From NCBI GenBank assembly GCA_905178155.1, contig CAJINV010000001.1, positions 62,001 through 126,000 of the forward strand: a DNA stretch of 64,000 nt, written 5' to 3'. Of this stretch, positions 36,501 to 48,500 are shown one piece after another (positions within the stretch are counted from its first letter, which is position 1; the number at the start of each line of letters is the position of its first letter). A program made the translations under genes and the position numbers. The notes under the pieces were generated by a model. The model was given only the letters and a program-made list of their open reading frames with translations, was not told the origin of the DNA and searched no databases. This stretch comes from Amoebophrya sp. A120 (Eukaryota > Protista > Dinoflagellata).

Positions 36501-39500
36501 CGCCTCAGTACCCGCGTGGTGAAAACATGTGGTGAGTAAGTATTCATCAGTGACATACATACGAGTATAATGGACAGCATCACAGCACGAGTTTCAGTTC
36601 GCATTTCTTCTTGAGCTCAAGTATTTTAACCTGTAGCATCCGGGGCATAAAGCACTCTGCTAACTTCAGTCACGGTGAGCAGGATCTGCCTAAAGGCGAA
36701 ACTCGGAGCCTTACTGCACTCATGCTGTTCTCTGGTTTTTTTGGTCTGGAGCGCGCACTTACTGCTAGCAGTGCACGTGATCCACTTCTACGTCTGTTTT
36801 TTCTCGCTTCATGAGGGATCGTTTTTCTTTCAAGAGCGCATTGGCTTTCCTTCTTGTTTTTTTTTCATCTCTTCTCAAAACTTTGCAACAAGAGCGAATT
36901 AGAACTTCAGGAGAGCATCAGCTTGTTTTTTGCTTCAGCACTGACAGACTTTCTTACATTTCGGCTTCCAACGTGCGCGAATTTGTATTCGCGAAGCGTT
37001 CGCTTAGCTTTCCGTAAGACGAGTTTCTCAGCCCAAATCAGCAGCGCTTTCAGTTTCGGCTCTCAATAACTCCAGCTCTATATCCAATCGCAGAAAATTT
37101 TTTGTGCACAACGCACTGGGCATCAATACGACATTTCGACTCTCGCACTCTCGGTGAGTTTCACCTAAAGCATTCAAGATGGTCGACCTCATTTGTAAAG
37201 TGTGCGACGCGAACATCACCGCAGAGGCGAATGTGAAATTCAAGTGCAAGAACTGCCCGCCAACGGCCGCGTGCAAGGCCATCATCTGCAAATCCTGCTT
37301 CGACACCCACGGCGTGTTAGCGTCGAGAGCCTTCGCGGTGTTCAACGTCAACGACGAATCGAAGAACCTGTGCAACACGTGCGAGCTGCAGGTGCACTCG
37401 GGTCGCATCAAGAAGGTGGAAACGATGCTCAAAGAATCGGGCGCCGATTCCTCGTTAGCCACGGCGATCCTCACGCATGAAAGTTGGTTCAGCGACTTCA
37501 CCAACCTCACGGACAACGAGAAGGCCGAAGGGCTCAAAAACTACAAACGCCGTATTTGTTTCTCAGGATGTTGCTGCAAAATCATGCAGGTTAATAGTTA
37601 ACTTGGCTGCAGTCCGTTTCGCATCTTTCTCAAATCATAAAATCAGCGGCGTTTCGCGAGATCGAGGCTTCCAAGCTGGACACGTCCCAGCTTCTGATCG
37701 CGCATCAGCAGCAGCAGAGCTCCACCACCGGCGGGGCGGCTAATCCGACCCAGTCTGACAAATTGTTTTCCGAAATCAAACGCTCCAAGTACGATCATTA
37801 TCGGCTGAAAGATTTACTTCTGCCGCCCAATGGCAGTCTCATCAAGGCGGTCCGCTACAACGACAAAGTCGTCGTCTTGTTCGACGGCGAACCGGTGGCG
37901 ATCCTAGCTAAGCATCACAACTCTTTCCTCACGTACCTCTTGGATCAGCACGTCAACAACTCATCCAAGAAACAGGTGCACTCGGACCCGCCGATCAACA
38001 TCCAGTACGCGGCCTACTACACCCTCAAGGGCGTGCGTCGGGAAATCAAGCTGAAGACCCGACTGGCAGCTACACGGCAGGCCTTGTTCACGGCTTACTG
38101 GCTGCCACGCTTCACCTACGCTGCGTGCACGAACCTCAGCAGCTCCAGCGTGCTGGCCGCCATGCTGAACCATCAGGCGACCAGCGCCTTCAACTTCAAC
38201 AACAACGCCTTGCCAGCTCAGTTCCCGCAGCCGTCCAACAAGGGATACGGCAAGTACGGTACGCCGTCCCCGGCCAAGGGCCCGGCCGCGTTACCGGTCA
38301 GCAATCAGCCGACAGCCCCGAGCACCCCGGCTCCGAAGTGGCAGCGCAACGGGGGATCAGCGTCCGCGGGCAAGCCGGCGGCGACCCCGTCGTACCCGAC
38401 AACCCCGGGTGGGTCGGCCGCCATCCAGGACAAGCAGCAGGCCTGGAACGAGATCCACCGCGTCCTGTCCTCCGCGAATCAGGACCGGGCTTCCGCCGCA
38501 GCCGCCTGGTCGAGTGCCAAGGCCTGCAACCCGGGGGTCGCCCACGAGTACTTCTCCAAGGGGGAGGGTTGCCGCAACTGCTATTTAATTGGGCGCGGTA
38601 CTCACATCATTTAGTTTCATTTTCCGAAAATTCAAAACAAGAGCGAGTCGACGTTTGCTTGCACTTGTTTTCGATATTCAGTTAGGTTTTACTAATCGGC
38701 TTGGTTCCGTCTCGGCCGTTCACGGGCCAAAACTTCACTTTTGCCTTTGCATCGGGACTCATTTTTACTCTTTCACATTAGTTTTTGCGGCTTCGGGCAC
38801 TCAAATATACGATCTCTGCAATGGATTCAGCTCGTAAACGGTTGCAATCTTTTATCATTCGTTCTCATTTTCTCTTTCAAGGTCTGGCCCGGTTGCACGA
38901 TGGGGGCTTCGACAAGTGCCAAGAAGTCAACCCCAACGACTGCGCGGTGCCCTGCACGTGGTGCGGTCAAGGGAGTCACTGGTTGCCCAAGTGCCCCGCG
39001 AAGTCGTCGGGCAAACCGTCGATCCGGCGGGCAGGAAAGTAGTCGGGTAACGTCAGGCGTCAGCGGGTCATTCACACATTTGCAGCAAGCAGTCGCTCGC
39101 TTGACTTTCTAGCAGAAATCATTCTGGCAATCTCATTCGCAAGTGGTGTGATAATTATTTTGTTTGATTTTTCTCTTTTTTCAGTATGATTGGTAGTTCC
39201 AGTGCGGATTGTTATCAAACTCATTTTCGTGACTTCATAATTTCACATCACTTCATTTGAGTAGTATAGGTTCAGATATGATTGGTACTCAGTTAAATTT
39301 GCATGAGCAATTAGAGTGGTCATCCATCAAAGTAGAAGTATGTTTCAGAGTTGTTTGCGGTACAGCGTCACAATTTCGACTCGTTGCCGGTCATCGGGCA
39401 AAAAAGCACTCATAGTCGTCCGGTTGGTATACGAAAAGTTTCTTGATACTCATCTCAAAATTTTAATGTGCATTACAATCATCAAGCATCATAGTAGATA

Positions 39501-42500
39501 GACGCACCTGAGTAGTATTAGCACTCATATTCAAAAATCAAAAATCAGGAAATTATTTCATCTTCCGTTCTTCATAGAGGTTAGCTCCATGTTTAAGCCC
39601 TCACCTGTAAACTGAGGCACTTGCACCGGGATTCGCACACTTGTCATACTCACATTGTAAATTCGTTTTCTCGCTCTTATCCAAAGTGCCTCAAGCTGGT
39701 GTTACACGCAGCACATCTAGAGTTCTCATCACGAAGCCTCGGTAGGATCTCGTGGTAGTTAGTCGCTCGAGCAGTTTTCACCATCTTCGGTCTTTTTTCT
39801 CCTGGACGCAAGGTGGACCTCGTGTCGTGGTGGACCTTCTCGTGACAGGGATTCGTAACTCAGCTTCATAAGGGTTTTTTCTTTTTTTTTAGGGGGTTTG
39901 TCCTTCGACAAGACGGGGAGTTTCTTCCTCAGCGATTCTCTCTTCTCTTCGCAGCTCGTTTCTCGCCTTTGGGACGTCCACACTCGAGTGGCGTCAGTAG
40001 CATACAGTTCTTCTCAACACCAAACTCAGGCTTTTCAGCTTCAGTTCAGATCGAATTTTGTTTGTGTCGGCAGTATCTTATATTCATAACTCGCCCTTCC
40101 CTTTGCTCAGAAGGTAGTAGTTCACGCAAAACCCGATCAAGATGAGCACCCAATTCACTCTCCAGCGCGTCTTTCGGGAAGCGCTTGGAGACGAGATGGC
40201 GTCAGCGAGGGGCGTAGTAAAACGGGAAAAGTCTGAAGACACTGCCAAGTACAACGCCAAAAGAGCTTTCCAGGGGCTGGGGCCGAGCGGGTCAGCCAGG
40301 GAACAGGACGAGCTCTTCGAAATTTTCGACGCAATTAATCTCGACCCACATCAGAACTCGCACGAAGAAGAAAAAGCTGCGGAAGTCAGAAGAGCAGCCG
40401 CCAGGGAGCGTGATAGAAGAGCGCAACTGGCGGCCTCCTCTTCAAGCTCGACGGGCGCCGCGTCTTCTTCAGCTTCAGCTTGGCAAGGAGCCACTAGCTC
40501 GGCCGTCCAGCCGGCCACTGCCGCTCAGCTCGGCCCCGGACAGCAGCTATTAGCAGGCGGCAGCTCCTCCTCATCTTCGACCGCTCCAAAGTCATCAGTT
40601 GGAGCTACGATGAAGAAAGCCAAGCCCTACACCTCTCCGTCCCAGCTGGACTTCACCATCTTTCCAGAGCGCATCAACATCTTCGAGTCTTTTCCACTCG
40701 AGGCCAACGTGCGGCGCCTGCTAGTGACGAGTGTGAACAAGTACGCCAAGGCTAGCGTCAAAGTGAAAACAATCAGCGACTACGAGAACTTGCTGAAGAA
40801 CATCGTGCCGAAGGTGTGCGCGGTGGTCAAGTTTCAGTGCTGGCCGATCGACGACTCTGAAGTAGCGGAAATCTTCTTTCGCACTTTCTCGGAGGTCGCG
40901 TCAGTGCATCAGGGCTGGACAGAGCCAGTATCTGGGAAAATTAGATGGGCGGCTTTCGGCAGAATCTCCGCTGCCATCTCCGCTTTCAACAGCTGCAGAC
41001 CGGAAATCGAGTTTTCCATGCAGGACAAGTCTTGTCGCTTCCAGAGAGCATGGGAGGGATTCAAGCGGTCGTCCTTTCACCCGAACACCGAGAATTCCAA
41101 GTATTCGCCGACAGAGCTGCAGGCACAGCAGCTGGCGGAAACATCACTGGCGAAATTCAGAGCCAACTGCTTACCAGCGGGGAGGCTTAGGGCGGACACG
41201 ATCTGGCCCGCGGAGCTTTTCACCGACAAAGCGAAGCTTTCCTTCGCCATCGAGTTTCAGGCAGTTGTCAGCATCAACGTCGGTTTTTACTGCGTCCGAA
41301 GGTTTCAGGAACTCATTGAACTCAACACCTCGTGCGTCTCCATGCACACCATCTCCAAGGAGCTTTCGGTCGAACAATTCAAGTACATGCGGGTGGACAT
41401 CCTGAAAGCAAAAAACGATGTGCTGGAGAAGGGCGACTTCTGCATCCTTCCGCCGCGGATTGCGGACCTGCTCACTCTATGGATGCAGTACGCCAACCGG
41501 TTCCTGTGGCATCATTTCCGACGAAACTACGCCAGGGGCCTCAGTTCCCTCTTCTTCACCATCGGCACTAACAACATCAGATCGCGCGGCTTGCCGCTCA
41601 GCAAAGACAACATGAGAAAACAAATTCGGTCGGCCTTCCAAATCCACTTCAGTGTTGACAAACCGATCTCACTCCGCCGAGCCGGGGCGCGGTATTTTGC
41701 GAGTGTGGACCGGCACACGGCGTGGGCTCAGGGGGGTTGGCGCAACATGAGGATGCTGGATTCCATCTACGCTCCCAAGCAGCAGGAGCAGTTAGCCCTC
41801 GAGGTCCACAACTACTCGAGAGACTCCGCGTTTGAGAAACGCGAGCGCGAAGCCGTGCGGAAGATGGAAAAGGGCTTTACTGGTCCCAACTGGAATAGTT
41901 TCGATTGGGACAGAGGCTATGCGGATTTCGATTCTCGTTACATTTCCACAAGGCAATTCAGATTCGAAGCGCCGAAGTTGTCAGACGCAATTCTTTTGAA
42001 GAACTTCAACAGATTTCCGAAAAATGAATATGCAAAAGTGTACAAATTCTTCTTCCCGACCATGGAGGGTCTCAACATCTAATCAGTCTCGACATCGATT
42101 GTACATTCTCGCGTGTTTTTGTATCAAGTGTTGGGCTTGAGCTCAGAGCTAAAAAAATCAGAAGGGACCAGCAAGCTTGGTGCCGCTGGCCGTCGAGAGA
42201 CATCTTCGTAGCCTCTTGGTTGTTTGTTCTTAGATTCCGACGTCATCGTACTGACGAGTTCGTTTCCTTTTTTCTAGCTTTGCTCCGTGGTATCGTCCAC
42301 GTATGCTTCGCGACAGGATTGATTCTTGTAGAGCAGCTTCTTTTGCAAGCATCAGTAGCAGGTTTTTTTCGGCGTCCGAAAGTCATGGCTCGCGCCGCAG
42401 TTCCTTCTTCAGTCGTAGTATTTTTTGCCTTTCAGCAATCGTTCAGGAGGTTTTTTATGGCATGGGCCAGCGGTCGTCTCGTTTTCATAGCACTAGAAAT

Positions 42501-45500
42501 CATCTGTCGTGATTGCCAAGGTTTCTAGTGGGCTCGAAGTAAGTCGTCTCTCGCTCGCTACGACTACAAATGACATCAGATGAGGATCGCTTTTCAGTTT
42601 TTGTTTTTGCCAAGGGGCGGCTACAGGGGTAGTTAAGCTCTCAACTCTTTGGTGACTAAAGATTTCAGAGGCAGTGTAGGTTCCAAAGCGCTTCTGCTGC
42701 AGCATCACTCATCTCACATGCCGGTTGTATCGCCAGTCCTTCTCTCGGAGCGAACCGAGGAAGAGGAACGGCTCGGCCTCCAGCCTACAGCTGCGCTGTC
42801 AATCCAAGAGTACTTGGACCTCGGATTGCCCATCGACGACAGCTCCGCTGCTGAGTTTTTGAGGAATCAGGATGGGCCTCAGGACAGTTGGCGGCACGAC
42901 GAGGATTCCCTCGCGATTGCAGGCAACTCCCTTTCCGCACGCCAGTGCGTCCGCTACGGGATCAAGCCGCAGTTTTTCAGGCAGTTTTTTGGGGGGCTTC
43001 GTTTCAACATCGTCAGCGAGCAGTTTACTCCCTCCCGCAACGACAACTACCCCGGAGCATCCGTCTTCGAGGAGGCGTTCACGCAGGAGGTGTGCAGATT
43101 CGTGAAGAATAAAAAAGTCTTGCTTTACGACAACAAGGGGCCCGCTGACCTAACGATAGCGCCGGGCACCATCATCGAACAGCGGGGCAAAATGCGCCTC
43201 ATCACTAACTGGAGCGCGGAAGAGGTGAAAGTCAACCAATCAATCTACGCGACGGCGGTCAACTACTCGAATTGGTGGCAGTTGTTCGAAAGAATCGAGC
43301 CGGGCGCGTACGTCTTCGGCCTCGATCTTCAGGATTGTTATCCCCACTGGTTGATCCATCCTTCGTGTCGCCGGTTCTTGGGCCTTTCAATTCCCCAAAC
43401 CGACCGGGTCGCAGTGCACTGCTTCTTGCCTTTCGGGCTCAATTGTGCACCCGGCGACAATGATGCAGCGGTGAAGGAACTCATCCGCATGGTCCACAGT
43501 GCCGGCGTGGAAGCCGACATTTTGGACTATGTGGACGATCTTAGGGGAATCCTCCAGGCCCCCCATCGGTGCAACTTCGCCAAGGCCAACGAAGAATTCA
43601 ACAAGGTGTTCTTCGGCTTGGCAACTCTCGGCTGCCGTTTGCACACAAAGCCGGGGAAACTGGTGCCGCCGGCCCAGGTTTTTCCCTGGCTCGGTTTTCA
43701 GTGCGACACCGTCCGCATGACGGTGGGCATCGAGTCGGAGCGGCTCCACGAGTACTCGTCTGCGGTTCTGGATTTCATCTCTGAAGTTCTTGAGCATCCT
43801 GAGCACGCTTCAACAGCTCGCAAAACCGCGAAAATCGTTGGGAAGTTGAACTCCGTGCGGTTTGTCATTGACGGACCGCTTCGGAATCTACAAAACAGGC
43901 TGAACGAGTCGGGCTGTTATCTCCTTTGGAGATCGTCGGCTGCACACAACCCGCGGGTCGACATCTGCGACCAAAGCCTCGAAGACCTCCACTGGTGGTA
44001 CTTCGAGCTTCTGAAGGACCCCAAGGCCAAGCTGCATCACAATGGGTCGCGCTCCTTCCTGTGGAGGGAAGAAGTGCTCAGCTACGGCGCGAACTTCTTC
44101 AGGACTTTAGGGCCTGAGATGTTCACGTCCATCAGCGGCGACGCCGCCACAACACGGGGCTGGGGAGGCGCATGCGGCGCCGTCAAGATGTTCTTCCCGT
44201 TCCCGGACTGGCTTGTGGGTAAAGGCTACGACATCAACGTACTGGAGTACGCCACCCCGCTGCTCATGCTCGAGTTCCTCGCGCGGGAGCACCCGCACCT
44301 CATCAGGAACAAAGTCATTTTGTACTACACCGACAACCCGTCGTGCAAGAAAGGAGTCAATCGGGGGGCGTACTTCTCCCCGGTTCACTGTGAGATCACC
44401 AGGCGGCTGAAGGCCTTACTGCTCGAGTTTAGGGCGGAGCTGATCGCAGCCAAGGTGTACGGCACCGAAAACATCGAGGCCGATGTTTTATCGCGCTTCG
44501 ACGATAACATTTTTTCAATGTACGACCACAATCCCGACCGGTTTTTGACGAATCGGGCTTGGCAGCACATCTGCAAAATGATCCCCGGCCTCGAGGTGGA
44601 GGCGTTTTCCGGTCTCAACGATTCCGACCAGGGCAGGAGGCTGCCCTTGTTCTACAACTCCGCGAACCCCCCGTTCTTCGACTTCGGGGCGATTTGCTCG
44701 AGGCGGAGCTGGTGGTTCCCGTCCGACGATGTTCTCTATCCCACCTTGCGCTTCCTGCACAAAGCGCTTCACGCTGTTCCGGCCGAGAGGCGTCCCCGCA
44801 TCGCTCTGTTCGTGCCGAAGATGAACATGAAGTTTGCAAGCCTGTTGTCAATCTTCGGGCGGGCTGTGATCAAGTTCAAAAAGGGCAAGGAGCTCTTTCA
44901 GTACCCCGGCGTTCCGGGGAGATTCAAAGCCAATGACGACTACTGGGTTCTTCTTTCCGTTCCCCTCGAAATGTGGCCCAAGCCGTGGGCCAACATCGCA
45001 GCGCCCACGGCGCATCTCGAGAAACTCATGGACAACGCGGTCTTCAGGAGGTCTGTGGGCGAGATCAGTCTGGTCAAGCCGACGCCCATCCAGGAGGCTG
45101 AAGCAGGCTGGATCCTTCACATTTGCTGCGTCGCAGCAGTGCAGCCCAAAGGGATCGCTAAAGACATCTTCGCGCGGTATCCCAGCGCGAACAGGTACAG
45201 CGAGCCGCCTTCCCGGAAGCCTTACGGGGCCTTCGAGGTCATCGGGAAGGTGGTCAACATCTACTGCATGCAGTTCCCCGGGCCAGTTTCGGCACAGTCC
45301 GATGCCGCAGGCGACTCATACGATGCCCGGTTGGGCCATTTTTCGGGCGCCCTGCGCCAGATCCCGGCGGCAGCGTCCGCCGCGGGCATCTCCTCCATTG
45401 CGGTCCCGTTGCGCATCGGGTGCGGGTACAACGGAGGAAAAGTGCAAGACTACGCCAAGGCCCTTGAGCCGTTCTTGGCCGAGTGCAAGTCTAGGGGCAT

Positions 45501-48500
45501 TCGGGTCGACTTGCACGATCCGCCCTTGAAGCGTTAATTTTGATTTTCTTCGGCAGCGTTTTTGCACCGCCGAACATCGCACACTCTTTGTTCTATCTCT
45601 CTGTATAATCTTTGGCTTCGTCACGCATTTTTGGACTCGGGCATACAGTATCTTTGGAGCCAATCTTCTCACATTCAGATGCAGTTTCCGACTTCATGTA
45701 CAAAGCTTGTCATACATTATTTTGCTATCATGCCTTTCCACATACTCAGCCTCATTTCTTGGGCTTACGTCTGTCTGTCCGCGCCCGCGCGCGCGACCCG
45801 ATGTTCGCTTTCACTCTCTGGCTGAGGCTCGTCCACACGGACACCGGGAGGGCCAGTGCAAAATATACCTTCGAGATTTCGCTAGTAATAATTGTTAGCT
45901 TCGGAGGATTTCGAAGGAATTCGGCAAGCTCAATTATGAGCTAGTGAGTAATCGAGTGGCAACAGGATCAAAGTCAGAAACTCAGTGGGGGGCTGCGCAT
46001 CCCACAACATTCACCTCAGCAACGCGGATCAAATTTTATTTCTATCAGTATATCGTTCTGCCGCCTCCCCGGGCGGGATAAAAATACGGCTTTTCTCATG
46101 ATCACGAGATCATTTCTGGTTTCTGTTCCAGATCAGCTTCAGATCAAAATCAGACATTTTTTTCGCAGACCCACCCACCACGCCCTCGATTACTCAGTTA
46201 GTTCATCATTTCCTTCGGTGTCCCAGTTGGACGGGCCTCGGCTGCCTTTCAGGTTCCACATACTCAGCCTCATTTCTTGGGCTTACGTCTGTCTGTCCGC
46301 GCCCGCGCGCGCGACCCGATGTTCGCTTTCACTCTCTGGCTGAGGCTCGTCCACACGGACACCGGGAGGGCCAGTGCAAAATATACCTTCGAGATTTCGC
46401 TAGTAATAATTACCTGTCATGCAAAAATGCAGTTTGCCATGCGGAATACGTAAGACATGGCAGCCAAAAAATTTGTCATGCATAGCTGCGTATTGCAGTG
46501 CGTCTAATATCATTCATTTCTAGCATTACAAGTTTCCAGACCCAGACATTTTTGCACTTGACACCAGCGTGCACTTTTTCGACAAAAACCTTACCGCCGA
46601 GCAGGAATTTTTCCGACTCGGGCTCAAGTTCGGGAGAAAATTGATTTACCACCCCGAGTGCATGGGTGAGTTTGACTCCAAAGACGCCCTCGAGTGCAGG
46701 TGTCCCTCGCTCTACGGTATAGATAAACATTGCATTTTTTGAGACTCGTCGTGGGGATTGATTTGGTCATCCCCTCGCTTATTCCCTCATTATTGCAGCA
46801 TCTACATCTACTTCTACTTCTTCATCCGCCGCCACCAGCGTAATTTATTAGTTTCCTATGCATGAAAATAAGCATTCTTCAATATTTGTTTTTGTTCAGG
46901 TAAGATCATTCTCCTGAAGCTGAAACTCCTGGGAATGTGGGACGAAGCCTACAAACTGTTTGGCGAACTAAAGAACTTCGAGTTTAACGGGAAATACAAG
47001 CAATTAAAGGCCGGCGAAGCCTTTCCGTGGAAGCACATCCAGCAGACACCACAAATGTTCATGCCAACCCTGGAAGCGATACCGGTATGATAGCAGATAT
47101 TTTTTTCATGCTCGTTCTGTATTACTTATGACGCGCGGCGAGTTTCAACAATTATACAGACTTTGACTTCACTCAGTAATTACGAAGTCGCCAGAACTCC
47201 AACTCTATGACCTCTTTCAGATCTGGCCCCGCGAGCGCATGGACGAGATTCCCATTTGGAAAGTGCTGGAGGATAATTTCGAGACGTTTCTGGAGGAGGC
47301 CGAGGCAGCCTACGAAAAAAGCAACGACAAGGAGCTGGTGACTGCCGCCTACCCGTTTCTGTTCCAGTATGAAAGCCTCAGAATGGAAATCCTCAAAGTG
47401 GAAATAATTTGTGATGCATGAAATGCAAGGCAAAAAAGACTGTATTGCAGAGGACACAATGGAGGCCGACTATTGTCCTGCTAAGGGTGAAGAATTGGGC
47501 TGCTGATTAGCACGACAGAAGGGCGCCCCTTTGCCTGACTAGCATGACAGACACGTTTTGAGTGCCCGGGAAATTTGTCATGCGCCGACTACAAATGGTG
47601 CTTCAACTGGAGTCGTTTTTTTTGCATTACAAATTATTTCCACTTTGAGGATTTCCAACCTGAGGCTTTCATATCCAGGGCGGCAACTGGGACCAGATCC
47701 TGCTCTTTCACGCCAGAAATTACACCGAAGCTTGTCAGAAGGTATAAATAAGAATATACAGAAGATGGAATAGCTGCGAAGCGTCGTACATCAGTTTTAC
47801 TACAAACACTTGCCGGCTTTTTGAGCTTCTTGGAGTTGTTATTGGATTGTTGTTTATGTGGCATGAACATAGTGCTAGTGCCTATGACTTACGGTATTAG
47901 TATTACTTAGAACGTCACTGACTCTCACACTCACTGTAGTCTACTAACTGCTTGTACATCAAGAACGAAACAACCGTCATGCTTTATCCACATTTCTTCG
48001 CTCCCCGATCTTTCTCAGGCCTTCCCGAAGAGCTGCGCAATCCTGAAGGAGCACTTGCCGAAGCGAGATCTGCACCACTATCCCTGGACCAGCAACCAGA
48101 ATGAACAGGTGCTCTTCCTCCGGCTGAAAGTGGGCACCGACGTGGAAACGCACTGCGGCCCGGCCAACAACATTTTGAACATCCACCTCGGGCTAAAGGG
48201 GACGGAGGACGCCACGCTCATCGTGGGCAACACCACCACGGGGTGGGAACGGGGCAAGGTGATCGCCTGGGACGGATCCTTCGACCACCGGGTGCACTGC
48301 CTCAACTGCAAGCAGGACCGGATCATCATGATGGTCCGCTACATGCACCCCGGGGTCACTCCGGACCACTACCGGGGCTTATGGATTGCAAAAGTGTCTG
48401 GGTCTGGAAGAATGCAGGAGTTTGTCATGCAGATTTTGCATGACCTATGAGGTCTGTGATGCATGCCCTAGCATCAGAGATTTTGCGAGGGCTTTCTGAT

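Larger units (their letters stand above)
34255..46411 (+). mobile_element. Tyrosine-recombinase (DIRS-order; PAT/Ngaro/VIPER-like split-direct-repeat) retrotransposon, ~12.16 kb
   Basis: Repeat layout A1(34255-34531)…B1(45736-45893)-A2(45894-46170)-spacer-B2(46254-46411). Encodes gag-like, YR and RT-RNaseH ORFs. No TSD; a TT is shared at both ends and at the B1/A2 junction. Confidence 0.92.
34153..46563. mobile_element. Introner, family A (TSD CAAGC/CCAGC), split by the YR retrotransposon: left part 34153-34254, right part 46412-46563
   Basis: Left TIR TATCAAATATAAAAATGTCTAGGTCTGGAA; right TIR TTCCAGACCCAGACATTTTTGCACTTGACA; flanks read …LDLDTS|VHFFDKN… in frame. Confidence 0.85.

Noticed and set aside
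34255-46170. Conventional LTR retrotransposon with A1/A2 as LTRs
   Set aside because: There is no DDE integrase and no TSD; the extra B repeats and the YR ORF indicate a split-direct-repeat YR element.
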